From the NCBI GenBank assembly GCA_965644315.1, contig CBFFRQ010000067.1, forward strand, positions 806,001-870,000: a stretch of DNA of 64,000 nt. Reading direction: 5' to 3'. The translations under genes were made by a program, and so were the position numbers. The stretch's first letter is position 1, and every line of letters starts with the position of its first letter. Shown piece after piece: positions 25,530 through 38,096 of this stretch. The notes beneath the pieces are model-generated. The model ran no database searches. It was not told the DNA's origin and saw only the letters and a list, made by a program, of their open reading frames with translations. This stretch comes from Caecitellus pseudoparvulus. Taxonomy: Eukaryota > Protista > Bigyra: Bicosoecida.

Positions 25530-27396
25530 ACCCGAACACTGGAGTGGTACCTCCATGAGGGAAGGCGTCACGCTTGGAGTGCGAGGTGCAGCGGGCGGCC
25601 GCTGTCCAGCGTGCAATGCAAGGGGGCATGAGATGCCGCGCTCTTGAGTGAGGCTGGCGCCGGTGCAATGTGACACCATGAGATCTACGCGCAGTATGCG
25701 GATGCTGCTTGCCTCCACCCACGCTTGCTCTCCGGTATCTGCGGTGGACTCGCACCACTCAGGGGTGGCAGGTCAGCAGACCGTATGGGGCGCCCGCCAG
25801 CCGGTCCAAGGGGGGCGCCCACCGCCCCACACGCTCCAGCAGCGACGCGCCCACGGCCTGCCAGCTCAGCGCCAGTGCCATGACTGTGCACGGCGCCACG
25901 CCTTCCGCTTGCCTTATCCGGAGGCGGGGCGTCAAAGGCGCTCCCGTCAGTGCTGGAGACGCGACAGCATGGCTTGCCCCGACAGCGCCAGGTGCGAGTG
26001 CCATCCCTCACGGCGGAGCGTCGGATGCGGTGCACCCCCATGACGAGGCTCAGCGTGGCCTGTGCCGCACTGTCGGCAGTGGCCGCTTGCAGCAGAGTGT
26101 GGGCGGTGGCGAGGGGTGGCGGGGCAGGCCGCATGTACCTACATGTCATACTCCGGCACCGCCATACACCCCCGCAGCATCACGTGACCCCTGGCTTGGG
26201 GGTAGAGGGTGGAGGGTGGACCACCTCGCGCGACGGTGGGGGGGTGGTGGGCGCCGACCCCCCCTACCGACCCGACAGGCGCAGAGTGCCCTCTGGCCCA
26301 GCGCCCTCCACAGTGCAGTGCCGCACTGCGCCCCCTGCTCTCGCCACGGGCGGCATCGCAGCACGGCCCTTCCCCGGCTCGACAGCCCGACGCCCGTCGT
26401 ACCACACACGCCACACGTCGGGCGGCAGCGGCGGCGGACACTCCCGCAACCCCAGCGGCAGCAGCGGCGGACACTCGCGGCAGGGCAGTGTCGGGCTGCA
26501 CGTCCGACACCCCAGCCTGGGCAGCGCAGGCCCAGCGCCCGGCACGGGGCACACACGGGGCGCGAGCAGCCTGCTGCTCAGCGGGTCGGTGGACGGCTTC
26601 CTCGTCGCACCTGCCGAGCACGCAGAGGACGAGGACGTCATCGCAGACTTCCACATGCGCCAGGCGGCGGAGCCTGGGCCAGGGCAAGGCGGCGGTGCCG
26701 GCGGCCCACCCGTCGTGGCACAGGCCAAGGAGCAGTCGCCCCAGGCCGTGCCACGGTCGGGCACTGCGCGAGAGTCGACTGGCAAGGCCGTGCCTGACGC
26801 GCCCAGTGCGGCCGACGGTGCAGGAGCACTGCAGCTGGACTGGCAGCAGTACTCCAGCAGTGGCGTGTCGTCCGATGAGTCATCGGGTGGCGGCGATGTG
26901 CAGGGCGGTGGCAGACATCGCGTGCAGGCTGTGCGGCAGGGGGGCTGGGTGCTCACACAGGCGTAGCGGGGGGGCTGGGGGCGGTGTCAGGTGGCGAGAG
27001 TGTGTGGTTAGGATGTGCGTTTGGCGTCACGTGACCTGTGGCGGGGGGGTGTGTGCCGCCCTTGCCAGGCGGTGTAGGGCTGGGTCCCGCAATGCATTGC
27101 GGTGATCTGCACTGTGGCGCGTCAGGTCGAGTGGTGGCAAGGTGCTGCTGAAGGTGCATGTCTCAGCTGCCACTTCTGGCACCAGCGTGGAGAAGGGTGA
27201 GGTGGACAGCGCACCCCTCCTGAATACAAGCAGGACACTGTCATTCCACTGTCAAACTGATCACAGGCATCATTTTTCAGTATCTGTGGGTAATTAGTGC
27301 CAGCAGCTCTTGCAGCACTGTGCCGTGCCGGTTGTGCTCTTGTGCAGGTGTGTTGGTTATCGGAAGCGTTTGCGGAATTATCCACGCCAGCACGCC

Positions 27397-28215
27397 ATGG
27401 CTGCTGACAGTGAGAGGCAGGCTGTGGTGGATCGGTGGAGGGCTGCTTGTGGTGCTGATGAGACAGATGTGCTGCTGGGCATACTGCAGGAGTGTGGTGA
27501 TGGTGTGGGTGTGAAGTTGGGAGGTTTGACTTCGACCGAGACTACATGTGGCTTTTTGGTTGCTTGCAGAGCAGGGCACGTTGAGTTGCTGCGAGAGCTG
27601 TTGGCGTTGGAGGGGGGCCTTGCTGTGGATGTGCATCAAAATCGTGAGGCCGCCTTCCGAGAGGCATGCGCTAAGGGCCACACAGGCATCGTGCGTGAGC
27701 TGTTGGGCCTGAGCGGGGCGCGGGAAGTGGATGTGCACGCGGAGGCTTGGGATGGACCTGAGGCCGCCTTTCGATGGGCATGCGAGGGTGCCCACCTCGA
27801 CATTGTGCGTGAGCTGCTGGCTCTGACTGGAGCGCGGGCAGTGGATGTGCATGTGGCAAATGAGGATGGACCTGAGGCCGCCTTCCGGCGGGCATGTAGC
27901 TGGGGCCACACTGACATTGTGCGTGAGCTGCTGGCTCTGACTGGGGCACGAGAAGTGGATGTGCATGTGGTGGATGAGGAGGGGCCTGAGGCCGCCCTCC
28001 GAGCGGCATGCGCAGGCGGCCACCTCGACATCGTGCGTGAGCTGCTGGGCCTCACTGGACACCGAGCTACGTCCCATCAGACCAGACTCAAGTTCGGGGT
28101 TGTTGCCGTGCAGTCGGCCAAGAAAGCCGTGTGGGCTGGCACCAGCACTCGGCAAGGGCGGCGTACCATGCTGCTGCTGCGAGCTGCCCGGGGCGCAAGA
28201 GGCAGCAGCGCCTAG
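27397..28215 (+). CDS. Ankyrin-like repeat protein, copy 2
   Basis: Same start context, 819 nt, same repeat consensus. Confidence 0.85.
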   Translation: MAADSERQAVVDRWRAACGADETDVLLGILQECGDGVGVKLGGLTSTETTCGFLVACRAGHVELLRELLALEGGLAVDVHQNREAAFREACAKGHTGIVRELLGLSGAREVDVHAEAWDGPEAAFRWACEGAHLDIVRELLALTGARAVDVHVANEDGPEAAFRRACSWGHTDIVRELLALTGAREVDVHVVDEEGPEAALRAACAGGHLDIVRELLGLTGHRATSHQTRLKFGVVAVQSAKKAVWAGTSTRQGRRTMLLLRAARGARGSSA

Positions 28216-30103
28216 ACCTAGACACTGGAGTGGTGCCTCCGTCAGGGAAGGCCCCACGTATGGAGTGCGAGGTGCAGCGGGCGGCCGCTGTCCAGCGTGC
28301 AATGCAAGGGGGGATGAGCTGCCGCGCTTGTGAGTGAGGCTGGCGCCGGTGCAATGTGACACCATGAGATCTACGCGCAGTATGCGGATGCTGCTTGCCT
28401 CCACCCACGCTTGCTCTCCGGTGCCTGCGGTGGATTCGCGCCACTCAGGGGGGGCAGGTCAGCAGACCGTATGGGGCGCCCGCCAGCCGGTCCAGGGGGG
28501 GCGCCCACCGCCTCACACGCTCCAGCAGCGACGCGCCCGTGGCCTGCCAGCTCAGCACCAGTGCCGTGGCTGTGCATGGCACCACGCCTTCCGCTTGCCT
28601 CACCCGGAGGCGGGGCGTCAAAGGCGCTCCCGTCAGTGCTGGAGACGCGACAGCATGGCTTGCCCCGACAGCGCCAGGTGCGAGTGCCATCCCTCACAAC
28701 GGAGCGTCGGATGCGGTGCACCCCCATGACGAGGCTCAGCGTGGCCTGTGCCGCACTGTCGGCAGTGGCCGCTTGCAGCAGAGTGTGGGCGGTGGCGAGG
28801 GGTGGCGGGGCAGGCCGCATGTACCTACATGTGATACTCCGGCACCGCCATGCACCCCCGCAGCATCACGTCACCCCTGGCTGGGGGGGCTGGGAGAGTG
28901 AACCGCTTACCACCCCGGGCGACGGCGGGAGTGGCGGGAGTGACGAGGGCGCCGACCCCCCCTACCGACCCGACAGGCGCAGAGTGCCCTCTGGCCCAGC
29001 CCCCTCCACAGTGCAGTGCCGCACCACATCCCCTGCTCTCGCCACGGGCGGCATCGCAGCACGGCCCTTCCCCGGCTCGACAGCCCGACGCCCGTCGTAC
29101 CACACACGCCACACGTCGGGCGGCAGCGGCGGCGGACACTCCCGCAACCCCAGCGGCAGCAGCGGCGGACACTCGCGGCAGGGCAGTGTCGGGCTGCACT
29201 TCCGACACCCCAGCCTGGGCAGCGCAGGCCCAGCGCCCGGCACGGGGCACACACGGGGCGCGAGCAGCCTGCTGCTCAGCGGGTCGGTGGACGGCTTCCT
29301 CGTCGCACCTGCCGAGCACGCAGAGGACGAGGACGTCATCGCAGACTTCCACATGCGCCAGGCGGCGGAGCCTGGGCCAGGGCAAGGCGGCGGTGCCGGC
29401 GGCCCACCCGTCGTGGCACAGGCCAAGGAGCAGTCGCCCCAGGCCGTGCCACGGTCGGGCACTGCGCGAGAGTCGACTGGCAGGGCCGCTGAGGCCGCCC
29501 CTGACGCGCCCAGTGCCGCCGACGGTGCAGGAGCACTGCAGCTGGACTGGCAGCAGTACTCCAGCAGTGGCGTGTCGTCCGATGAGTCATCGGGTGGCGG
29601 TGATGTGCAGGGTGGTGGCAGACATCGCGTGCAGGCTGTGCGGCAGGGGGGCTGGGTGCTCACACAGGCGTAGCGGCGGGGCTGGGGGCGGTGTCAGGTG
29701 GCGAGAGTGTGTGGTTAGGATGTGCGTTTGGCGTCCCGTGACCTGTCGGGGGGGTGTGTGCCGCGCTTGTCAGGCGGTGAAAGGCTGGGGCTTGCAATGC
29801 ATTGCGGTGGTCTGCACTGTGGCGCGTCAGGTCGAGTGGTGGCAAGGTGCTGCTGAAGGTGCATGTCACAGCTGTCACCTCTGGCACCAGCGTGGAGAAG
29901 GGTGGAGGTGGACAGCACACTCCCCCTGAATACAAGCAGGACACTGTCATTCCACTGTCAAATCTCAACATCGCCTTCTTTTCTGGGTATCATTGGACAG
30001 ACAATACCAGCAGCTTGTGCAGCACTGTGCCGTGCCGCTTGTGCTCCGGTGCAGGTGTGTTGGTTATCGGAGGCGTTTGCGGGATTATCCACGCCAGCAC
30101 GCC

Positions 30104-30922
30104 ATGGCTGCTGACAGTGAGAGGCAGGCTGTGGTGGATCGGTGGAGGGCTGCTTGTGGTGCTGATGAGACAGATGTGCTGCTGGGCATACTGCAGGAGT
30201 GTGGTGATGGTGTGGGTGTGGAGTTGGGAGGTTTGACTTCGACCGAGACTACATGTGGCTTCCTGGCTGCTTGCAGAAGAGGGCACGTTGAGTTGCTGCG
30301 AGAGCTGTTGGCGTTGGAAGGGGGCCTTGCTGTGGATGTGCATCAAAATCGTGAGGCCGCCTTCCGAGAGGCATGCGCTAAGGGCCACACAGGCATCGTG
30401 CGTGAGCTGTTGGGCCTGAGCGGGGCGCGGGAAGTGGATGTGCACGCGGAGGCTTGGGATGGACCTGAGGCCGCCTTTCGATGGGCATGCGAGGGTGGCC
30501 ACACCGACATTGTGCGTGAGCTGCTGGCTCTGACTGGAGCGCGGACAGTGGATGTGCATGTGGCAAATGAGGATGGACCTGAGGCCGCCTTCCGGCGGGC
30601 ATGTAGCTGGGGCCACACTAACATCGTGCGTGAGCTGCTGAGCCTGACTGGGGCGCGGGCGGTGGATGTGCATGCGGCGGATCGTGGTGGACCTGAGGCC
30701 GCCCTCCGAGCGGCATGCGCTAGTGGTCACACAGACATCGTGCGTGAGCTGCTGGGCCTCACTGGACACCGAGCTACGTCCCATCAGACCAGACTCAAGA
30801 TCGGGGTTGTTGCCGTGCAGTCGGCCAAGAAGGCCGTGTGGGCTGGCACCAGCACTCGACAAGGACGGCGCGCCATGCTGCTGCTGCGAGCTGCCCGGGG
30901 CGCAAGAGGCAGCAGCGCCTAG
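30104..30922 (+). CDS. Ankyrin-like repeat protein, copy 3
   Basis: Same start context, 819 nt, same repeat consensus. Confidence 0.85.
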   Translation: MAADSERQAVVDRWRAACGADETDVLLGILQECGDGVGVELGGLTSTETTCGFLAACRRGHVELLRELLALEGGLAVDVHQNREAAFREACAKGHTGIVRELLGLSGAREVDVHAEAWDGPEAAFRWACEGGHTDIVRELLALTGARTVDVHVANEDGPEAAFRRACSWGHTNIVRELLSLTGARAVDVHAADRGGPEAALRAACASGHTDIVRELLGLTGHRATSHQTRLKIGVVAVQSAKKAVWAGTSTRQGRRAMLLLRAARGARGSSA

Positions 30923-32786
30923 ACCTAGACACTGGAGTGGTACCTCCGTGAGGGAAGGCGTCACGCTTGGAGTGCGAGGTGCAGCGGGCGGCCGCTGTCC
31001 AGCGTGCAATGCAAGGGGGCATGAGATGCCGCGCTCTTGAGTGAGGCTGGCGCCGGTGCAATGTGACACCATGAGATCTACGCGCAGTATGCGGATGCTG
31101 CTTGCCTCCACCCACGCTTGCTCTCCGGTATCTGCGGTGGACTCGCACCACTCAGGGGTGGCAGGTCAGCAGACCGTATGGGGCGCCCGCCAGCCGGTCC
31201 AAGGGGGGCGCCCACCGCCCCACACGCTCCAGCAGCGACGCGCCCACGGCCTGCCAGCTCAGCGCCAGTGCCATGACTGTGCACGGCGCCACGCCTTCCG
31301 CTTGCCTTATCCGGAGGCGGGGCGTCAAAGGCGCTCCCGTCAGTGCTGGAGACGCGACAGCATGGCACGCCCCGACAGCGCCAGGTGCGAGTGCCATCCC
31401 TCACGGCGGAGCGTCGGATGCGGTGCACCCCCATGACGAGGCTCAGCGTGGCCTGTGCCGCACTGTCGGCAGTGGCCGCTTGCAGCAGAGTGTGGGCGGT
31501 GGCGAGGGGTGGCGGGGCAGGCCGCATGTACCTACATGTCATACTCCGGCACCGCCATACACCCCCGCAGCATCACGTGACCCCTGGCTTGGGGGTAGAG
31601 GGTGGAGGGTGGACCACCTCGCGCGACGGTGGGGGGGTGGTGGGCGCCGACCCCCCCTACCGACCCGACAGGCGCAGAGTGCCCTCTGGCCCAGCCCCCT
31701 CCACAGTGCAGTGCCGCACCACATCCCCTGCTCTCGCCACGGGCGGCATCGCAGCACGGCCCTTCCCCGGCTCGACAGCCCGACGCCCGTCGTACCACAC
31801 ACGGCACACGTCGGGCGGCAGCGGCGGCGGGCACTCCCGCAACCCCAGCGGCAGCAGCGGCGGACACTCGCGGCAGGGCAGTGTCGGGCTGCACTTCCGA
31901 CACCCCAGCCTGGGCAGCGCAGGCCCAGCGCCCGGCACGGGGCACACACGGGGCGCGAGCAGCCTGCTGCTCAGCGGGTCGGTGGACGGCTTCCTCGTCG
32001 CACCTGCCGAGCACGCAGAGGACGAGGACGTCATCGCAGACTTCCACATGCGCCAGCCGGCGGAGCCTGGGCCAGGGCAAGGCGGCGGTGCCGGCGGCCC
32101 ACCCGTCGTGGCACAGGCCAAGGAGCAGTCGCCCCAGGCCGTGCCACGGTCGGGCACTGCGCGAGTGTCGACTGACAAGGCCGCCCCTGACGCGCCCAGT
32201 GCCGCCGACGGTGCAGGAGCACTGCAGCTGGACTGGCAGCAGTACTCCAGCAGTGGCGTGTCGTCCGATGAGTCATCGGGTGGCGATGTGCAGGGCGGTG
32301 GCAGACATCGCGTGCAGGCTGTGCGGCAGGGGGGCTGGGTGCTCACACAGGCGTAGCGGCGGGGCTGGGGGCGGTGTCAGGTGGCGAGAGTGTGTGGTTA
32401 GGATGTGCGTTTGGCGTCCCGTGACCTGTCGGGGGGGTGTGTGCCGCGCTTGTCAGGCGGTGAAAGGCTGGGGCTTGCAATGCATTGCGGTGGTCTGCAC
32501 TGTGGCGCGTCAGGTCGAGTGGTGGCAAGGTGCTGCTGAAGGTGCATGTCACAGCTGTCACCTCTGGCACCAGCGTGGAGAAGGGTGGAGGTGGACAGCA
32601 CACTCCCCCTGAATACAAGCAGGACACTGTCATTCCACTGTCAAATCTCAACATCGCCTTCTTTTCTGGGTATCATTGGACAGACAATACCAGCAGCTTG
32701 TGCAGCACTGTGCCGTGCCGCTTGTGCTCCGGTGCAGGTGTGTTGGTTATCGGAGGCGTTTGCGGGATTATCCACGCCAGCACGCC

Positions 32787-33605
32787 ATGGCTGCTGACAG
32801 TGAGAGGCAGGCTGTGGTGGATCGGTGGAGGGCTGCTTGTGGTGCTGGTAGGGCAGATGTGCTGCTGGGCATACTGCAGGAGTGTGGTGATGGTGTGGGT
32901 GTGGAGTTGGGAGGTTTGACTTCGACCGAGACTACATGTGGCTTTTTGGTTGCTTGCAGAACAGGGCACGTTGAACTGCTGCGAGAGCTGTTGGCGTTGG
33001 AGGGGGGCCTTGCTGTGGATGTGCATCAAAATCGTGAGGCCGCCTTCCGAGAGGCATGCGCTAAGGGCCACACAGGCATCGTGCGTGAGCTGTTGGGCCT
33101 GAGCGGGGCGCGGGAAGTGGATGTGCACGCGGAGGCTTGGGATGGACCTGAGGCCGCCTTTCGATGGGCATGCGAGGGTGCCCACCTCGACATTGTGCGT
33201 GAGCTGCTGGCTCTGACTGGAGCGCGGGCAGTGGATGTGCATGTGGCAAATGAGGATGGACCTGAGGCCGCCTTCCGGCGGGCATGTAGCTGGGGCCACA
33301 CTAACATCGTGCGTGAGCTGCTGGGCCTTACTGGGGCGCGGGCAGTGGACGTGCACGCGGCGGATCGGGGTGGACCTGAGGCCGCCCTCCGAGCGGCATG
33401 CGCAGGCGGCCGCCTCGACATTGTGCGTGAGCTGCTGGGCCTCACTGGACACCGAGCTACGTCCCATCAGACCAGACTCAAGATCGGGGTTGTTGCCGTG
33501 CAGTCGGCCAAGAAGGCCGTGTGGGCTGGCACCAGCACTCGACAAGGACGGCGTGCCATGGTGCTGCTGCGAGCTGCCCGGGGCGCAAGTTGCAGCAGCA
33601 CCTAG
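32787..33605 (+). CDS. Ankyrin-like repeat protein, copy 4
   Basis: Same start context, 819 nt, same repeat consensus. Confidence 0.85.
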   Translation: MAADSERQAVVDRWRAACGAGRADVLLGILQECGDGVGVELGGLTSTETTCGFLVACRTGHVELLRELLALEGGLAVDVHQNREAAFREACAKGHTGIVRELLGLSGAREVDVHAEAWDGPEAAFRWACEGAHLDIVRELLALTGARAVDVHVANEDGPEAAFRRACSWGHTNIVRELLGLTGARAVDVHAADRGGPEAALRAACAGGRLDIVRELLGLTGHRATSHQTRLKIGVVAVQSAKKAVWAGTSTRQGRRAMVLLRAARGASCSST

Positions 33606-36164
33606 ACCCGAACACTGGAGTGGTACCTCCGCCAGGGAAGGCCTCACGCTTGGAGTGCGAGGTGCAGCGGGCGGCCGCTCTTCAGCGTGCAATGCAAGGG
33701 GGGATGAGCTGCCGCGCTCTTGAGTGAGGCTGGCGCCGGTGCAATGTGACACCATGAGATCTACGCGCAGTATGCGGATGCTGCTTGCCTCCACCCACGC
33801 TTGCCCTCCGGTGCCTGCGGTGGATTCGCACCACTCAGGGGTGGCAGGTCAGCAGACCGTATGGGGCGCCCGCCAGCCGGTCCAAGGGGGGCGCCCACCG
33901 CCTCACACGCTCCAGCAGCGACGCGCCCGTGGCCTGCCAGCTCAGCACCAGTGCCATGACTGTGCATGGCACCACGTCTTCCGCTTGCCCCACCCGGAGG
34001 CGGGGCGTCAAAGGCGCTGCCGTCAGGGCTGGAGACGCGACAGCATGGCACGCCCCGACAGCGCCAGGTGCGAGTGCCATCCCTCACGACGGAGCGTCGG
34101 ATGCGGTGCACCCCCATGACGAGGCTCAGCGTGGCCTGTGCCGCACTGTCGGCAGTGGCCGCTTGCAGCAGAGTGTGGGCGGTGGCGAGTGGTGGCGGGG
34201 CAGGCCGCATGTACCTACATGTGATACTCCGGCACCGCCATGCACCCCCGCAGCATCACCTCACCCCTGACTGGGGCTAGGGGGGTGGACCACCCACCAC
34301 CCCGGGCGACGGCGGGTGTGGCGGGGGTGACGAGGGCGCCGACCCCCCCTACCGACCCGACAGGCGCAGAGTGCCCTCTGGCCCAGCCCCCTCCACAGTG
34401 CAGTGCCGCACCACATCCCCTGCTCTCGCCACGGGCGGCATCGCAGCACGGCCCTTCCCCGGCTCGACAGCCCGACGCCCGTCGTACCACACACGGCACA
34501 CGTCGGGCGGCAGCGGCGGCGGGCACTCCCGCAACCCCAGCGGCAGCAGCGGCGGACACTCGCGGCAGGGCAGTGTCGGGCTGCACGTCCGACACCCCAG
34601 CCTGGGCAGCGCAGGCCCAGCGCCCGGCACGGGGCACACACGGGGCGCGAGCAGCCTGCTGCTCAGCGGGTCGGTGGACGGCTTCCTCGTCGCACCTGCC
34701 GAGCACGCAGAGGACGAGGACGTCATCGCAGACTTCCACATGCGCCAGCCGGCGGAGCCTGGGCCAGGGCAAGGCGGCGGTGCTGGCGGCCCACCCGTCG
34801 TGGCACAGGCCAAGGAGCAGTCGCCCCAGGCCGTGCCACGGTCGGGCACTGCGCGAGTGTCGACTGGCAAGGCCGCCGAGGCCGCACCTGACGCGCCCAG
34901 TGTGGCCGACGGTGCAGGAGCACTGCAGCTGGACTGGCAGCAGTACTCCAGCAGTGGCGTGTCGTCCGATGAGTCATCGGGTGGCGGTGATGTGCAGGGT
35001 GGTGGCAGACATCGCGTGCAGGCTGTGCGGCAGGGGGGCTGGGTGCTCACACAGGCGTAGCGGGGGGGCTGGGGGCGGTGTCGGGTGGCGAGGGGTGTGT
35101 GGTCAGGATGTGCGTTTGGCGTCCCGTGACCTGTGGCGGGGGGGGTGTGCCGCCCTTGTCAGGCGGTGTAGGGCTGGGGCCTGCAATGCATTGCGGTGGT
35201 CTGCACTGTGGCGCGTCAGGTCGGGTGGTGGCAAGGTGCTGCTGAAAGTGCACTTCTGATGTGCCACTTCTGGCACCAGCGTGGAGAAGGGTGAGGTGGA
35301 CAGCGCACTCCCCCTGAATACAAGCAGGACACTGTCACTCCATGGTCAAACTGATCACTGCCATCATTTTTCAGTATCTGTGGGTAATTAGTGCCAGCAG
35401 CTCTTGCAGCACTGTGCCGTGCCGGCTGTGCTCCGGTGCAGGTGTGTTGGTTATCGGAAGCACTTGCGGGATTATCCACGCCAGCACGCCATGGCTGCTG
35501 GCAGTGAGAGGCAGGCAGTGGTGGATCGGTGGAGGGCTGCTAGTGGTGCTGGTGAGGCAGATGTGCTGCTGGGCATACTGCAGGAGTGTGGTGATGGTAT
35601 GGGTGTGAAGCTGGGAGGTTTGACTTCGACCGAGACTACATGTAGCTTTTGGGTTGCTTGCAGAACAGGGCACGTTGAGTTGCTGCGAGAGCTGTTGGCG
35701 TTGGAGGGGGGCCTTGCTGTGGATGTGCATCAAAATCGTGAGGCCGCCTTCCGAGAGGCATGCGCTAAGGGCCACACAGGCATCGTGCGTGAGCTGTTGA
35801 GCCTGAGCGGGGCGCGGGAAGTGGATGTGCACGCGGCGGATCGGGATGGACCTGAGGCCGCCTTTCGATGGGCATGCGCAGGCGCCCACCTCGACATCGT
35901 GCGGGAGCTGCTGGGCCTGACTGGGGCGCGGACAGTGGATGTGCATGTGGCGGATAAGGATGGTCTTGAGTTCGCCTTCCGAGCGGCATGCAAGAATGGC
36001 CACACAGACATCGTGCGTGAGCTGTTGGCCCTGACTGGGGTGCGGGAAGTGGATGTTCATGCGGTGGACAAGTATGGACCTGAGGCCGCCTTCCGACAGG
36101 CATGTGCCAAGGGCCACACAGACATCGTGCGTGAGCTGCTGGGCCTGACTGGGGCGCGGGCAGT

Positions 36165-38096
36165 GGTTCCCTCGTGTTGGTGCGTTGTGCGTGGCAATCG
36201 AAATGCATTGAACTGGGCCCGCCTCGAGGCCGTCCCCTCCCCCCTCTATGCCAGCGGCCACCAGGGCTCGCTGCATCTCTTGGGGGAGGGGACGCCTCCT
36301 TGCGGCACCCGCCAATCGAGAAAAAGAAAAAAAAAGGAAAGAGAGTGACGAGGCCGGCTAATGACTGGTTTTGTCATGCCCGGTCCTGCCGTCGTCTACT
36401 CTGCGTTGGGGCGGCGGGGGACAATTGTGCCACTAGCGTGGGACTGCCCGCCGCCCCTCCTGCCGGGAAACATGGTTGCCGGCTGGGGTGCCGGCAACCT
36501 CGGTTCCCTCGTGTTGGTGCGTTGTGCGTGGCAATCGAAATGCATTGAACTGGGCCCGCCTCGAGGCCGTCCCCTCCCCCCTCTATGCCAGCGGCCACCA
36601 GGGCTCGCTGCATCTCTTGGGGGAGGGGACGCCTCCTTGCGGCACCCGCCAATACTTTTCAATGCTTGCTTCCTCCCCTGGGTGTCATGGCCTCGTGCCA
36701 CAGCCTCGCCCCCTCCCCCCTGGGTGTAGTATCGTGCCCGGGTGGGGGAGCCAGCCGCCCAGCCCGCCGCGTGCTCCACCAAGACGTCGGGGGCCCGGCC
36801 TGTCCAGAACATATTGCCCCCGGGTCTCAGGTGGGCCAAGGACACGCCCGCTACAGCCTTCAGGATGCCTTGCAGGCTGAGCCACGCCCACCTTGGGAGC
36901 AGGCTTCCCCGCTTGTCCCGGGCCTGCTCCCGGAGGCGGTCGAAGGCCCCCGCCCACTCGGCCTGGCGCACCACCTGGATGTGGCGGTTTGCACTCAGGT
37001 GCGTTTTATCCGTGACCCTGGCCTCCACCCACTGCAGGGGGCCCGCCCGCCCGAAGTGCAACTCCTCCCATCGCAGGCCCCGGAGCTCTCCCGGCCTGCA
37101 CATGCCATGAAAGCCGATGTAGATAGCTGCGGCGGCAGTTGGGGCATGCCTCCCGAGGTGTGGCCCGTCCCATGCCCGCTTCATGGCCTCCATGACTTGT
37201 TCTTTGCTGATAGGGCGGCGGTGTTGCTCCCCTCTCCCTCGGTGGAGCCGGCGGATTGCCCGGCAGATGCTGCCGACTGTGAGCCCCAGCGGGGCTAGCG
37301 ACGGGATTGGCAGGCCCAGATACCTAAAACCACCGACCCATTGCGCCAGGATCTGCTTCGCCCGATGGGGGGCCCATCTGCCTGCGGCCACGCCGCCCGT
37401 TAAGATGCCCACCATGGTCCGCGCCCTGTCCCGGGGTGCTGGAGCGGCCCTGATCAGGCCAGCAACCGCGCGAACGTACTTGACCACCGTCCCCTTTGCC
37501 AGCCTATGTTGGTGAATCCTGCTGATCGGGGACGCGGGGATGGCCCTGATCATCTGCCAGAAGGTCTGCTTCCTTATCCAGAGTGTGTCGCGCGGACGGG
37601 TTCGCTTCGTGCCGTGCCCCCGTGGTGAGCCGCCTGCGCGATGAGGGGCACCGTCAGCGGGGAGGCGGAAAGCTCTGCCCGCAATGAGGGATCGCATGCG
37701 ATCTGCCCGGAATCCCTCGGGCACCTCCCGGAGGCGCCAAGCGGCCTCCATCTTACCAAAATCCTCAGAATCCGCCCACTTCAGCCAGTACTCGAACTCC
37801 TGCTCCGTTATGAGCGCCTTGGCTTGCTTGGCGGAGTTGACAGACATCATTTTGTCGTGGATGTCCTCCCAGCTTCCGCCCTCCGTGTCGCTGGAAGCTG
37901 GATCATCCGATGCCATCTCGAAAAAAAAGGAAAGAGAGTGACGAGGCCGGCTAATGACTGGTTTTGTCATGCCCGGTCCTGCCGTCGTCTACTCTGCGTT
38001 GGGGCGGCGGGGGACAATTGTGCCACTAGCGTGGGACTGCCCGCCGCCCCTCCTGCCGGGAAACATGGTTGCCGGCTGGGGTGCCGGCAACCTCGG
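36165..38096 (-). mobile_element. Non-autonomous Ngaro-type YR retroelement copy lacking the 3,889-nt GT-AG segment (apparent spliced retrocopy); A1 38096-37921, B1 36653-36502, A2 36503-36328, B2 36316-36165
   Basis: Reverse complement of 53456-53964 joined to 57854-59282. The length difference is fully explained by two homopolymers. GG core at both ends. Confidence 0.95.
36396..37916 (-). CDS. Gag N-terminus (109 aa) fused to tyrosine recombinase; C-terminus shifted by a short G-run
   Basis: MASDDPASS...KRTRPR|DTLWIRKQTFWQMIRA... with YR motifs GMCRPGEL, DKT, AHLRPGG, AGW and RYY. Confidence 0.85.
   Translation of the reverse strand: MASDDPASSDTEGGSWEDIHDKMMSVNSAKQAKALITEQEFEYWLKWADSEDFGKMEAAWRLREVPEGFRADRMRSLIAGRAFRLPADGAPHRAGGSPRGHGTKRTRPRDTLWIRKQTFWQMIRAIPASPISRIHQHRLAKGTVVKYVRAVAGLIRAAPAPRDRARTMVGILTGGVAAGRWAPHRAKQILAQWVGGFRYLGLPIPSLAPLGLTVGSICRAIRRLHRGRGEQHRRPISKEQVMEAMKRAWDGPHLGRHAPTAAAAIYIGFHGMCRPGELRGLRWEELHFGRAGPLQWVEARVTDKTHLSANRHIQVVRQAEWAGAFDRLREQARDKRGSLLPRWAWLSLQGILKAVAGVSLAHLRPGGNMFWTGRAPDVLVEHAAGWAAGSPTRARYYTQGGGGEAVARGHDTQGRKQALKSIGGCRKEASPPPRDAASPGGRWHRGGRGRPRGGPSSMHFDCHAQRTNTREPRLPAPQPATMFPGRRGGGQSHASGTIVPRRPNAE

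Noticed and set aside
24597-33794. 373-375-aa minus-strand ORFs antisense to each ankyrin gene
   Set aside because: Shadow frames of a GC-rich repetitive CDS. They are conserved only because the units are recent duplicates, and they have no recognisable domain.
36165-38096. The element acting as a removable intron of its host genes (it begins GT in host orientation at both sites)
   Set aside because: The far end reads ...CCTCG, not AG, so canonical splicing would not remove it precisely.
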